Positions 24,694-35,589 are shown, counted from the first letter of the stretch. The stretch: DNA of 64,000 nucleotides from Squalus acanthias (GCA_030390025.1 JASTWF010000033.1:3102001-3166000), one strand, 5' to 3'. Numbers and translations: made by a program. Notes: generated from the sequence alone by a model not told the origin.

Positions 24694-25598
24694 TTAATTT
24701 AGTGGCGATTGTGATCCTGTCCCGGGGAAAGTGCGGACTTTCCACTTGCACCACTCGCTACCTGGTTGCCATGGCAGCGGCGGATCTACTGGTCCTTATC
24801 TTTGAGGTCATACTGAGGCGGGTCAGCTGGTATTATTTCCCGTACACTATCCTGGAAATCACCCCTGTGTGTAGTGTTACCCTTGTCCTGACTGCGGCAG
24901 CCGTACATTGTTCTGTCTGGTTCACCGTTACTTTCACCTTTGATCGATTTGTGGCCATTTGCTGCCAAAAGCTGAAAAAAAAATATTGCACCGGGAAAAC
25001 AGCAGCTGTGGTTCTAGCAACAAGTTGCATTCTGCTCTGTTTAAAAAACGTCCCTTTCTACTTTACACGCGCCCCTGGCATGATACTTGACAATGTGCCG
25101 TGGTTCTGTGATATCAAGCCAAGCTACTACACTGAGCCAGGATGGGTGGTATATGACTGGTTTGATACGGTTTTAACCCCATTGCTCCCATTCGCTTTAA
25201 TTTTGTTGCTCAACGCTCTGACAGTCAGACACATTTTAGTGGCCAGTCGCGTCCGTAAGGGACTGAGGGGTGAGAGCAAGGGTGAGAATGACAGTGACCC
25301 AGAGATGGAGAGCAGAAGGAAGTCTGTGATTTTACTCTTCACCATAACCGGCAGCTTCATACTTCTGTGGTTGGTAAATGTTATAAATTTCTTTTATTAT
25401 AGCATTGTAGGAATAGATAATTACACTGATTCTTTAAATTTATTTCAGCAAGTCGCAATTATGCTGCGGAGTTTAAGTTGCTGCACAAACACATTTATTT
25501 ATGGGGTGACCCAGTCCAAGTTCAGAGAGCAGTTGAAGAGCGCGGTGAAATATCCGGTCACCTCAATTATTCAATTAATTCAGAATCAGAACAACTGA
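24694..25598 (+). CDS. GPR139/142-like class A GPCR, coding exon 2 (full protein 323 aa)
   Basis: Polypyrimidine tract then CAG at 24691-24693; open frame with AAADLL (TM2), TFDRFVAICC (DRY-like), LLPF (TM5), CCTNTFIY (NPxxY variant); 67+905=972 nt. Confidence 0.9.
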
Positions 25599-25929
25599 GC
25601 GCAGCCCAAAGGCGGCTCCAAGTGTTTCCAGTCCATGTAATTAATACTTAGCCCCAGACTGCCAGCAACTGAATTACATCAGGAACCGCTGTTGATCTGA
25701 AAATACAACCGGCGGCGGGGCAAGAACTGTGTTTAGCACACGGTACTATTTCTGACTGACAGTTCCCACATTGTCTTTCGGGACTGGAACACTAATTTGT
25801 GCTACCTGTCTGAGCTCTTCTGTAAAGAGTCACTTCAGCTATTGAGTGCAGCAATTCATTTGCAGCTTCCAGAGTAAGAGCCTCTTCAATAGGCAGACAG
25901 ACAGAGCTGAGCTGCCGTTCAGAGGATTA

Positions 25930-26400
25930 CATTACATAGATTGTACAGCTAAAAAACTTCATTCGACTCAACTAGACTTTGCTGATGTTTATGGTCCGCA
26001 CGTGTCTCCTCCCACTGCAACTATCTCATCTCAGCCTCTCAGCATTTCTTTCTATTCCCTTTTCTCTCAAGCTCTCGTCTAATTTCCCTTTGATAGCTTC
26101 TAAACTATTTGCCTCAACCACTCCCTATGGTAAGGCATTCCACATTCGAAACACTCTGTGAGAAATGAAATTGCTCCCTATTTCTCTGTTGCATTTTTTA
26201 GTAATTTTCTTACATTTATGGCCCTCGAGTTTTGGATTCTACCACAAGTGTAAACATTCTATCCACATCAATTCTTCAAAATATTTATAATTTTCAAGAC
26301 CTCTATCAGGCCTTCTCTATGTCGACTTTCTTCTGAAGCCGAAAGACCAGGCTGTTCAATCTTTCTGGTGTATGTAAACTCTCAGTTCTGGTGCCGTCCA
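25930..26400 (-). mobile_element. Degenerate CR1 3' end
   Basis: Similarity to other CR1 3' ends in this window. Confidence 0.55.
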
Positions 26401-26409
26401 ACGAAGTAT

Positions 26410-27245
26410 TTGTAAGACCAAAGCCATTGGCTCCCACCACAAACTCCGTTGTCTAGCCACCGACTCCATCCCTGTCCCTGGCAACTGTCTAAGGCTGAAC
26501 CAGACCATTCACAACCTTGGCGTGGTATTTGACCGCAGGGTGATTTTCCGACCACATATCCACTTCATCACCAGGACAGCCAACTTCCACCTCCGTAACA
26601 TCGCTTAACTCCACACCTGCCCCAGTTCATCTGTTCATCAAACATTCATCCATCAGTTTTGCTCGCTCTAGACTTGACTACTCCAAGGCTCTTCTGGCCG
26701 GTATCCCATCTCCAACCGTCCATAAACTTCAGCTTATCCAAAACTCTGCTGCCCGTGTCCTAACTCACACCTCGAGCCGTTCACACACCACCCCTGTGCT
26801 TGCTGACCAACATTGGCTTCCATTCCGGCAAAGCCTCAATTTTAAAATTATCTTGCTTGTTTTCAAATCTCTACATGGCCTCCCTATTTCTATAACCTCT
26901 ACCAGCTCTAAGACACCCCCCGCCCCCCTCCCCCACGACATCTCTGGCCTCCTCCAAATCCGGCATCGTGCACAGGCCCGATTTTAACCGCTCCACCATT
27001 GGTGGCCGTGCCTTCAGCTGCCTGGGCCCTAAGCTCTGGGATCCCCTCCCTAAACCTCTCTGCCTCTCAAACTCTCGCTCCTCCTTTTATCATGCTCCTT
27101 AAAACTTACCTATTTGAACAATATTTTGTTCAACTTTCCTAATATCTCCTTACGTGGCTTGTTGTCAAGTTCTGTTTGATAACGTCCTATGAAGCGCCTT
27201 GGGATGTTTCACTACTTTGAAGACGCGATATAAATGCAAATTATT
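26410..27245 (+). mobile_element. L2-like LINE 3' fragment
   Basis: Decayed NLGVVFD, SRLDYS, LQLIQNSAARVL, HWLP..FKI motifs; ends TATAAATGCAA. Confidence 0.8.
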
Positions 27246-27259
27246 TTTGTAAATATTTT

Positions 27260-29345
27260 TTGCACTTTTTCCAGTAATTCTCTAGCGTTTTCATAGTATG
27301 GAGACCATAACTATGCACAGTTCTCTAAGTGAGACAAGTCCTATACAACTTTAACACAACTTACAATGTATTTCCAGTACAGAGACAGGCCATTCGGCTC
27401 ACAATGTCAATGTCGGTGTTCGTGCTCCACATGAGCCTCCTCCCACCCTCCTTCATCTAACCCAATCACAATATTCTTCTATTCCTTTCTCCCTCATGTG
27501 CTTATCTCGCTTCCCCTTAAATGTATCTATTCTATTTACACCAACTACTCCTTGTGGGAGCGATTTCCACATTCTGACCACTCCCTGAGTTAAGAAGTTT
27601 CTGCTGAATTCCCTATTGGATTTATTTATGACAATTTTGAATCTATGGCCCAGAGTTCTGGTCTCTTCCGCAAGTGGAAACGCCTTCTCTACAGGTACCC
27701 GATCAAACCCTTTCATATTCTTAAAGAACTCTAGCTGATCATCCCTCAGTCTTCTCTTTGCTAAAGAAATGAGCCCCAGCCTGTTCAATCTTGCCTGATA
27801 CGTATAACCTCTCAGTTCTGGTATCATTCTAGTAAATCCTTTTTGCATCTTCTCCATTGCCTCTGTGCCCATTGTATAAGATGGCGACCAGAAATGTTCG
27901 CAATACTCTAAGTGCGTTCTAACCAAGGTCCGATACAAGTTTAACATAACTTCCTGCTTTACAATTCTATCCCTCTAGAAATGAACCGTAGTGCTTTCTT
28001 TGTTTTTATGGCCTTATTAACATGTGTCACTACATTTAGTGACTTGTATATCTGTACCCTCGCGTCTCTCTTCTCCACAACCCCATTTAGACACTTATTT
28101 CCCATGTATTATCTGACCTCCTCATTCTGCCTATTAAAATGCACTCTCTCACAATTCTCTAATGAAATTCCTTTGCCAATTAGAAGCCCATTCTGCAACT
28201 TTATTAACGTCTTCCTGTATTCTGTCGCTGTCTTTCTCTGTATTAACTATAAAACCCATTTCGCTGGCATCCACAACATTTTAAATTGCCTTTCCGATTC
28301 TGGAGTCCAAATTGTTTCTGTAAATGGTGAACAAGAGTGGTCCCAGCACCGATCCTTGTGGAACACCACTTCCCACTTTTTGCCAAGTTCACTACTTTTT
28401 AATTCTATAGCCTTAGAAATAAACCCCAGTTCATTGGTAGCATTTTAATTGCTTTGCTGTCCTGTGATACTGATATTAATTATTTTTTCACCTGTATCCC
28501 TAGATCCCTTGTCCTTCTGCCCCATTCAGTTTCTTATTGTCTAAATTGCAGGTGATTATAGAAACATAGAATGATACAGCGCTGAAGGTGTCCATTCGGC
28601 CCATCGTGCCTGTGACTCCTCTTTGGTAGAGGGACCCAATTAATCCCACCCCGGTATTTTTTTACATCAAGTACATTTTCCAAATCCCTTTTGAATGTTA
28701 CTATTGTATCTGCTTGCACCACCCTTTCAGGCAGTGCATTCCAGGTCACAACAACTCGCTTTGTCAATAAAAAAGCCTCCTCATGTCGTCTCTGGTTCTT
28801 TTGCCACTCACATTGAATCTGTGTCCTCTGGTTAACGACCTATATGCCACTGGAAACAGTTGCTTCTTATTTACGCTGTCAAATCAATTTAAGATTTTGA
28901 AAACCGCTATCAAATCTCCTCTAAAAGTTCACTGGTAGAAGGAGAACAACCGCAGCTTCTCTAGTCTCTCCACATAACTGAAGTTCCTCATCCCTGGTAC
29001 CATTCTGGTCAATCTCTTCTGCTGACGCTCAAGGCCTTGATATCTTTCCTAAAGTTTGGTTGCCAGAATTGAACACAATACTCCCGCTGAAGCCTATAAA
29101 GTTTTAGCATGAATTCCTTGCTTTTGTTCTCTATTGATCTATTAATAAAGACAATGATCCCATATGCTTTTTTAACAGCTTTCTCAACTTGTCAAAGATG
29201 TGTGTACATACACCTCAGGTCTCTCTGACCAACACTCACTTTTAAATTGTACCATTTATTTCATATTGCATCTCCCCATTCATCCTAGCAAAATGCATCA
29301 CTTCACAATTCTCTGTGTTAAATTTAATCTGCCATATGTCTGCAC
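27260..29345 (-). mobile_element. Nested degenerate CR1 fragments
   Basis: LYRTLVRTHLEYC ORF; tails at ~27360 and ~28558. Confidence 0.8.
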
Positions 29346-29562
29346 ATTTGAATCAGAGTTCGGTTTATGTTGTAAGCGAAGGGATTGGATTTGGAAAGAA
29401 ACTCCATCGGGGAAGCGCAGCATCAGGTCACGGACATCACAAATCTCTCGGACCCTCAGCCAGAGGAACATTTTATGAGGGTCAAGACCCAGACAAATTT
29501 GCTTCATAGGATCTGTTTTACGTGGGATTTAGCGTCTGTTTAAGTTACACTGATATTTTATT
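29345..29562 (-). pseudogene. Possible decayed Ig C1-set (MHC class II beta2-like) exon
   Basis: Pyrimidine tract plus CAG acceptor at 29565-29563; frameshifted ISV..T..GLDPHKMFLWLR..DGVSFQIQSLRLQHKPNSD; cut by CR1. Confidence 0.35.
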
Positions 29563-29771
29563 CTGTGAATGCAAAATATACCAGAAAAATGAGTAATGAG
29601 ATAACTGTACATGCCGGAATGAGGGTCTGTTAGAAAATGTTACATCAATGTGTTTTTAAAGAAAGTTCAGCCATGAACGTATTGAATGGCGGAGTAGGCT
29701 CGAAGTCCCGAATCGCCTACTCCTGCTCCTATTTCTATTGTTCCTATTTTGCCCAGTCAGTCCATGTCCTC

Positions 29772-29859
29772 CCTGAGGAAGGTGCGACAGCTCCGAAAGC
29801 TTGTAATTTTAAATAAATCTGTTAGAATATAAACTGGTGTTGTGCGACTTCTCATTTTT
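29772..29859 (+). mobile_element. Short Penelope-like terminal fragment with hammerhead-like core
   Basis: CTGAGGAAGGTGCGACAGCTCCGAAAGC; same family as 62891-63092; absent from duplication copy B. Confidence 0.7.
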
Positions 29860-30059
29860 CTCCTGAACTCTGTTACTGCCCTTCTCATTGTGTACTGGAT
29901 TTCAGAATTTCGTTTAATTCGAAAACTATAAAATGATGTTGTGTTTACCCAACTCTAGGTCATTAATATGTATCAAAAATAGCAGTACTCTAATAGCGAC
30001 TCCTACGGTACACTTCTGTATACCTCCCTCCAGTCTGAAAAACAACTTGTCACCACGAC

Positions 30060-31565
30060 TCTTCCCCAACCCACCTTTTATCCTCAGCTCCTCCTTAACC
30101 CACCAATTATCCTCAGCTCATCCCCACCCCACCTAATATCCTCAGCTCCTCCCCACCCCACCTAATATCCTCAGGTCCTCCCCAACCCACCAATTATGCT
30201 CAGCTCCTCCTCACCCCACCTAATATCCTCAGCTCCTCACCACCAAACCTAATATCCTCAGCTCCTCCCCACCCCACCTAATATATTCAGCTCCTCCCCA
30301 CCACACCTAATATCCTCAGCTACTCCCCACCCCACCTAATATCCTCAGCTCCCCCCACCACATCCAATATCCTCAGCTCCTCCCCACCCCACCTAATATC
30401 CTCAGCTCCTCCCCGCCCCACCTAATATCCTCAGCTCATCCCCACCCCACCTAATATCCTCAGCTCCTCCCCACACCACCTTATATCCTCAGCTCCTCCC
30501 CACCACACCTAATATCCTCAGCTCCTCCACACCCCACCTAATATCCTCAGCTCCTCCCCACCCTACCTAATATCCTTAGCTCCTCCCCACCCCACCTAAT
30601 ACCGTCAGCTCCTTCCCACCACATCTAATATCCTCAGCTCCTCCCTTCCACACCTAATATCCTCAGCTCCTCCCCACCCCACCGAATATCATCAGCTCCT
30701 CCCCACCCCGCCTAACATCCTCAACTCCTCCCCAACCCACCTAATATCCTCAGCTCCTCCACAGCCCACCTAATATCGTCAGCTCTTCCCCACCTCAACT
30801 AAGATCCTCAACTCCTCCCCACCCCAACTAATATCCTCAGCTCCTCCCCACCCCACCTAATATCCTCAGCTCCTTCCCACTCCACCTAATATCCTCAGCT
30901 CCTCCCCACCCCACCTAATATCATCAGCTCCTTCCCACCCCACCTAACATCCTCAGCTCCTCCCCAACCCACCTAATATCCTCAGCTCCTCCACAGCCCA
31001 CCTAATATCGTCAGCTCTTCCCCACCTCAACTAAGATCCTCAACTCCTCCCCACCCCAACTAATATCCTCAGCTCCTCCCCACCCCACCTAATATCCTCA
31101 GCTCCTTCCCACTCCACCTAATATCCTCAGCTCCTCCCCACCCCACCTAATATCCTCAGCTCCTCCCCACCCACCTGATATCCTCAACTCCTCCCCAACC
31201 ATCGAATATCCTCAGCTCCTCCCCACCCCACCTAATATCCCCAGCTACACCCCACCCCACCTAATATCCTCAGCTCCTCCCCAACCCACCAATTATCCTC
31301 AGCTCCTCACCACCCCACCTAATAACTTCAGCTGCTCCCCAAACCCACCTAATATCCTCAGTTCATCAACACCCAACAAAATATACTCAAAGTCCCACCA
31401 CCAAAATAATTTCCTCAGATCCTTCCCACCCCTCCTAATGTCCATAGTTCCTCCATTGCTCACCTGATATCTTCAGCTCCTCCCCAGCTAAATCTAACAT
31501 TCTCAGATCCTCCACATCCATCTAATATACTGAGCAGCACCCCACCTCCACCTAACACCCTCAAC
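30060..31565. repeat. 29-bp minisatellite (CTCCTCCCCACCCCACCTAATATCCTCAG)n
   Basis: Direct periodicity, about 50 units. Confidence 0.96.
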
Positions 31566-31992
31566 ATTTCTCCACTTATCTCTTCATATAGTCTGCACCT
31601 GTCAATCACAGACTCTCTGCCCGCGAACTGTCAGGGAATTGCGGCACGTATTTATAGCTTCAGTCTGAAGCTATCCATCTTGTGGGTGCGATGTGCTATC
31701 ACAGGTTATCAATCAGAAAGCACAAGAATAACGTCCTGTCAATGCTTTGCAATTTGATGTACGAGCAGGAATCACCTGATGTTCCCTGGAGGAGAGAGAT
31801 TGGCAACTGCAGACTGTGTGCAGAGAGATCAGTGCAGGAAGTTCTCTGACTGTTCCCGGGAGGAGAGTGTATTATAAAATATTTACAGCACTGAAATAAA
31901 CCTTTCAGCCCAAAAGGTCCATGCCGGTGTTTATGCTCCACTCGAGCCTCCTCCCACCCTTCCTCTTCTATATCCATCAACGTATCCTTCTA

Positions 31993-32486
31993 CGATAGCA
32001 AAATACTGCGGATGCTGGAAATCCGAAATAACAACAGAAAACGCTGGAAAAACTCAGCAGGCCAGGCAGCATCCGTGGAGAGAGAAAGAGAGTTAACGTT
32101 TCAGGTCGATGACCTTTCATCAGAACTGGGAAGAGCCGGAAATCAAATAGATTTAAGGCCAGGGTAAAGCTGGGAAAAGGGGGCGGGGTTAAAGGAACAA
32201 GGGGGAGATGTAGAGACATTAAGAGACATTAAGAGATATGCAAGGCTAGAGGTGGTGTTAATGTGACAGATTAAGGCTGAATGAAGTGTGAAATCCACTG
32301 GCAGAATGAAGGACAGCTGCCAGCTTCTAGGAGGAAAAAAAAAGGTGGGGGGGGACAAATAAAAGGGTGGATAAAATAAAATATAAATGTGATTGGAGCT
32401 GAGGATATGATCTAAAATTGTTGAACTCGATATTGAGTCCAGAGGGCTGTAGCGTGCCTAAACGAAAGATGAGGTGCTGTTCCTCG
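31993..32486 (-). mobile_element. Penelope-like element 3' end with 14-bp TSD
   Basis: EEQHLIFRLGTLQPSGLNIEFNNF (GIY-YIG C-terminus); TSD AACGTATCCTTCTA at 31979-31992 and 32487-32500; empty site at 52790-52803. Confidence 0.9.
32091..32127 (-). ncRNA. Minimal type I hammerhead ribozyme motif
   Basis: AGUU-CUGAUGA-A-AGGUC-AUC-GACCU-GAAA-CGUU-AACU: intact core boxes, 5-bp stem II, palindromic AACGUU, 4-bp stem I. Confidence 0.7.
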
Positions 32487-32611
32487 AACGTATCCTTCTA
32501 TTCGTTTCTCCACCATGTGTTTATCTAACATCCCCTTAAATGTGTCTCTATTATTTGCTTCAACTACTCCTGGTGAACGCGTCATCCACCGAAGGGGAAA
32601 GGACAACTTCG

Positions 32612-33199
32612 GGCGGTCATGTTTGTGTCACCTACAGACGGCCATGTTTGTGTCACCTACAGACGGCCATGTTTGTGTCACCTACAGACGGCCATGTTTG
32701 TGTCAGCTACAGACGGCCATGTTTGTGTGACCTACAGACGGCCATGTTTGTGTCACCTACAGACGGCCATGTTTGTGTCACCTACAGACGGCCATGTTTG
32801 TGTCACCTACAGACGGCCATGTTTGTGTCACCTACAGACGGCCATGATTGTGACACCTCCAGACGGCCATTTTTTGTCAACTACAGTCGGCCATGTCTGT
32901 GACACCTACAGACGGCCATGTTTGTGTCACCTACAGACGGCCATGATTGTGACACCTCCAGACGGCCATTTTTTTGTCAACTACAGTCGGCCATGTCTGT
33001 GACACCTACAGACGGCCATGTTTGTGTCAACTACAGACGGCCATGTCTGTGTCACCTACAGACGGCCATGTTTGTGACACCTACAGACGGCCATGTCTGT
33101 GTCGCCTGTTGACGGCCATGTTTGTGTGGCCTACAGACGGCGATGTTTTGTGTCACCTACAGACGGCCATGTTTGTGTAACCTACAGACGGCCATGTTT
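32612..33199. repeat. 25-bp minisatellite (TCACCTACAGACGGCCATGTTTGTG)n, short copy
   Basis: About 23 units. Confidence 0.96.
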
Positions 33200-33234
33200 T
33201 TGGGGGATGTACAAGAGACCGGAGTCACATAATT

Positions 33235-33650
33235 ATAGAATATTAGGATCATAGAATCTTACAGCACAGAATGAGGCCATTCGGACCATCCTGCCTGTGC
33301 CGGCTTTTTGAAAGAACTGCCCAATTCAGTCCCACACCCCAGATTTTCCCCATAACCCGACTGATAAGTCCTCTTCAAAGACATGTCCAATTGCCTTTTG
33401 AAAGTTCCTATTGAATCTGATTCCACCATCCTTTCAGGTAATCCGTTCCAGATCATAACAACCCTCTGTGTGAAAAGAATTCCCCTAATGTCCCTCTAGT
33501 TCTTTTGGCAATTATTTTAAATTTATGACCTCTGATTGTCGATCCACCCGCCAGAGGAAACACTTTCTCCCTTCTCTATCATAACCCCTCATTATTTTGA
33601 ATACCTTTTTTAGGTCTCCCCTTAACCTTCTCTGCTCTAACAAAACAATC
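33235..33650 (-). mobile_element. CR1 3' end fragment
   Basis: WNGLPERMVESDSIGTFKRQLD; tail at ~33240. Confidence 0.8.
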
Positions 33651-33680
33651 CGTGGGTTAAATGGGTTGATGGGAAAAAAT

Positions 33681-33778
33681 CAACTGGCCGGAGAAGCTGT
33701 TGCAGCTAATTCCATAAAATACAACTGGCCGGAGAAGCAGTTGCAGCTAATTCCATAAAATACAACTGGCCGGATAAG
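33681..33778. repeat. 41-bp tandem repeat, about 2.4 copies
   Basis: CAACTGGCCGGA recurs three times at 41-nt spacing. Confidence 0.85.
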
Positions 33779-33792
33779 TGGAAAGATCTGCA

Positions 33793-33877
33793 TGTTAGAA
33801 GGGGGATTCGAATCCACGCCTTGCAATAGACGATTGAAACCTGAACGCAGCACCTAACACCGCCCGGTCATCCAAAC
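33793..33877 (-). tRNA. tRNA-Leu(CAG) pseudogene
   Basis: Collinear with vertebrate tRNA-Leu(CAG): GCTGCGTTCAGGT, long variable arm, TTCGAATCC; stems disrupted. Confidence 0.8.
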
Positions 33878-33900
33878 TCGGCGAAAACGACAAAAATATT

Positions 33901-33973
33901 CGCCTAACGCGGGGCTCGAATACACGACCCTGAGAATAAGTATCTAACGTTCCACCGACTGATCGAGCCGGGC
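33901..33973 (-). tRNA. tRNA-Lys(CTT) pseudogene
   Basis: GCCCGGCT..TCAGTCGGT..CTT..TCTCAGGGTCGTG..TTCGAGCCCC; 73 nt. Confidence 0.82.
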
Positions 33974-34339
33974 CTGTTTTAACTTTTTCACTTATTGCAG
34001 AGTGGCGGCTGTTTGCTCCGCCCCACGGGTTCAACTTGTTCTACAAACCACGAAACAAGTCCTCCTGAATTCCAAGGTGTATCAGGAAGTCAACCATCAA
34101 ACCATTCATTGACCACAGCAGTTCAGGCATGTTTCTGACAGCAAAGCGCTTTGTCCTTGTCAATATCTCCTGTCTATTTCACGGTGATTCCCGACACTGT
34201 CTGTATCTCTTGCTGTGTTTATAGCTCTTTGTGTCTGTTACATTAAATAAATTATGGGATGCGGCGCTTCTCTGCATGACACTGGACAACTAATGAGACA
34301 GACTTTAGAATAAGTTTCTCGTTAAGATGAAAAAGCAAA

Positions 34340-34650
34340 GAAAACATGTGTAATTCTGATCAATCTCGAGTATCCCCAAGTTATCTTTTCCCTCAGTCCC
34401 CACAAATGACGATCCATTGTCACAATCAACTGTTCGAGGGATCTCCCGCCGATTAAAGACGTCATAAACAAGTATAGTCGCGGTAGTTTCAGCCGTTTGA
34501 TGCGGGCAGGAAAAGCCTCTGCCCACCGTGAGAATACATCGACAGCAACCGAAAGATATTCCCCACCCCGAGCGGTAGCAGACAAGTGCCCGTATAATCA
34601 ATCCTGTATAATCAAACTTTGTTCCTGTGGGCCTTCTTTTTCACAAGCGA
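34340..34650 (-). pseudogene. Old retroviral-type integrase core fragment
   Basis: Frameshifted IDYTG..YLSVAVDVFSRWAEAFP..TAETTATILVYDVF..DCDNGSSF. Confidence 0.85.
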
Positions 34651-34757
34651 CACCCGCGATGGGCCAGCAATTCGGCTGTTGTCGGGTGAGTACGCACCCG
34701 TTACAAGGATAATTATTTTTTTCAAAAATTTAAATTTTGTTTTAAAGTAGTTAAAAT

Positions 34758-35124
34758 GGGCCAAAACTTAAGCTTTCAGGCTTCCTGCGGGTGCGAGCAT
34801 CACGCGCGCACTTGCCTACCGCGCCTGCCGTTGTGCTTTGGGCCCACGAGGACTTTGGGTGCTGGGTCTCCTCCAGCTAACGGCGCGCAGTGCTTGTGTA
34901 TCGCAGGGGCGCAGTTAGTTCAAAGCGTTCCCTGGGATCATGTGGGCCATTGGGAACCTATCCTAGCAGGGCATTTTCATTCATAGATTTGACAGGAAGA
35001 CCTGTCAAATCTATGAATAGAGATCGGCCCCAAAATCACACTTCAACTTCAAATAATTTTTTAAAAAAACATCACATTTTTAAAATAACAAAAAAAGTTG
35101 AATAAATTGAGCTGGAATTCGGCC
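34758..35124. mobile_element. MITE-like element related to 61277-62005 (shorter)
   Basis: Starts GGGCCAAAA; shared internal blocks and 18-bp hairpin; right end uncertain. Confidence 0.6.
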
Positions 35125-35144
35125 ATGGAACCGAAATAAAACTC

Positions 35145-35217
35145 AGCGCAACATGGGGCTGGAATCCAGCACCCTGAGATTGAGAATCTAACGCTGCACC
35201 GACTGAGCGAGCCGGGC
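35145..35217 (-). tRNA. tRNA-Lys-derived pseudogene (anticodon now CTC)
   Basis: Paralog of 33901-33973 including upstream flank; T-loop mutated to TTCCA. Confidence 0.78.
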
Positions 35218-35464
35218 CTGTTGCCCCGCTCCGTCATTGTCACTTATTGAAGAGAGGCGGCTGTTGGCTCCGCCCCGGCGCCGCACTGTCGGCGGCGGCG
35301 TTTCTTCGAATGAAGCGTTAAATATCAAGTCATCTGGAGGTCGGACTATCGGTCAGAACCCCGGGTCCACGTGGGAAAAGGTCAATTCCGAAATTAACAT
35401 TGGACATTATTTGAAATCTGGAGTGTGACATCTGGAGTGTCACGTCCGCGGTACGCGTGTAGTC

Positions 35465-35538
35465 GGTGCGCTGGCCCAGCGGTAAGAAGTTGGTCTTATA
35501 AACTTCGAAAATCGCGGGTTCACTCCCCGTCCGTGCCT
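35465..35538 (+). tRNA. tRNA-Thr(CGT)-derived pseudogene
   Basis: GGTGCGCTGGCC..GGTAAG..ATCGCGGGTTC..CCCCGTCCGTGCCT follows vertebrate Thr(CGT); anticodon decayed to TAT. Confidence 0.78.
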
Positions 35539-35589
35539 GTGTTAGTTTTGAATATTTCAGGTGATGTTTTCCGAATGACTCGATCCTTA

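Larger units (their letters stand above)
28343..33199 (+). repeat. Segmental duplication copy A (partner 49703-54460)
   Basis: Collinear CR1 pieces, unique spacers, 29-mer and 25-mer arrays. Confidence 0.92.

Noticed and set aside
31650..31790. Minus-strand exon-like island with a CTCCTCCAG acceptor, in both duplicated copies
   Set aside because: Stops in all frames and no recognisable motif
33901..33973. Local tRNAs as primers for the proviruses
   Set aside because: Both proviruses lack the 5' LTR and PBS, so no link can be tested
35145..35538. Functional anticodon-switched tRNAs (CTC, TAT)
   Set aside because: T-loop/B-box and stems are damaged; the changes fit neutral decay
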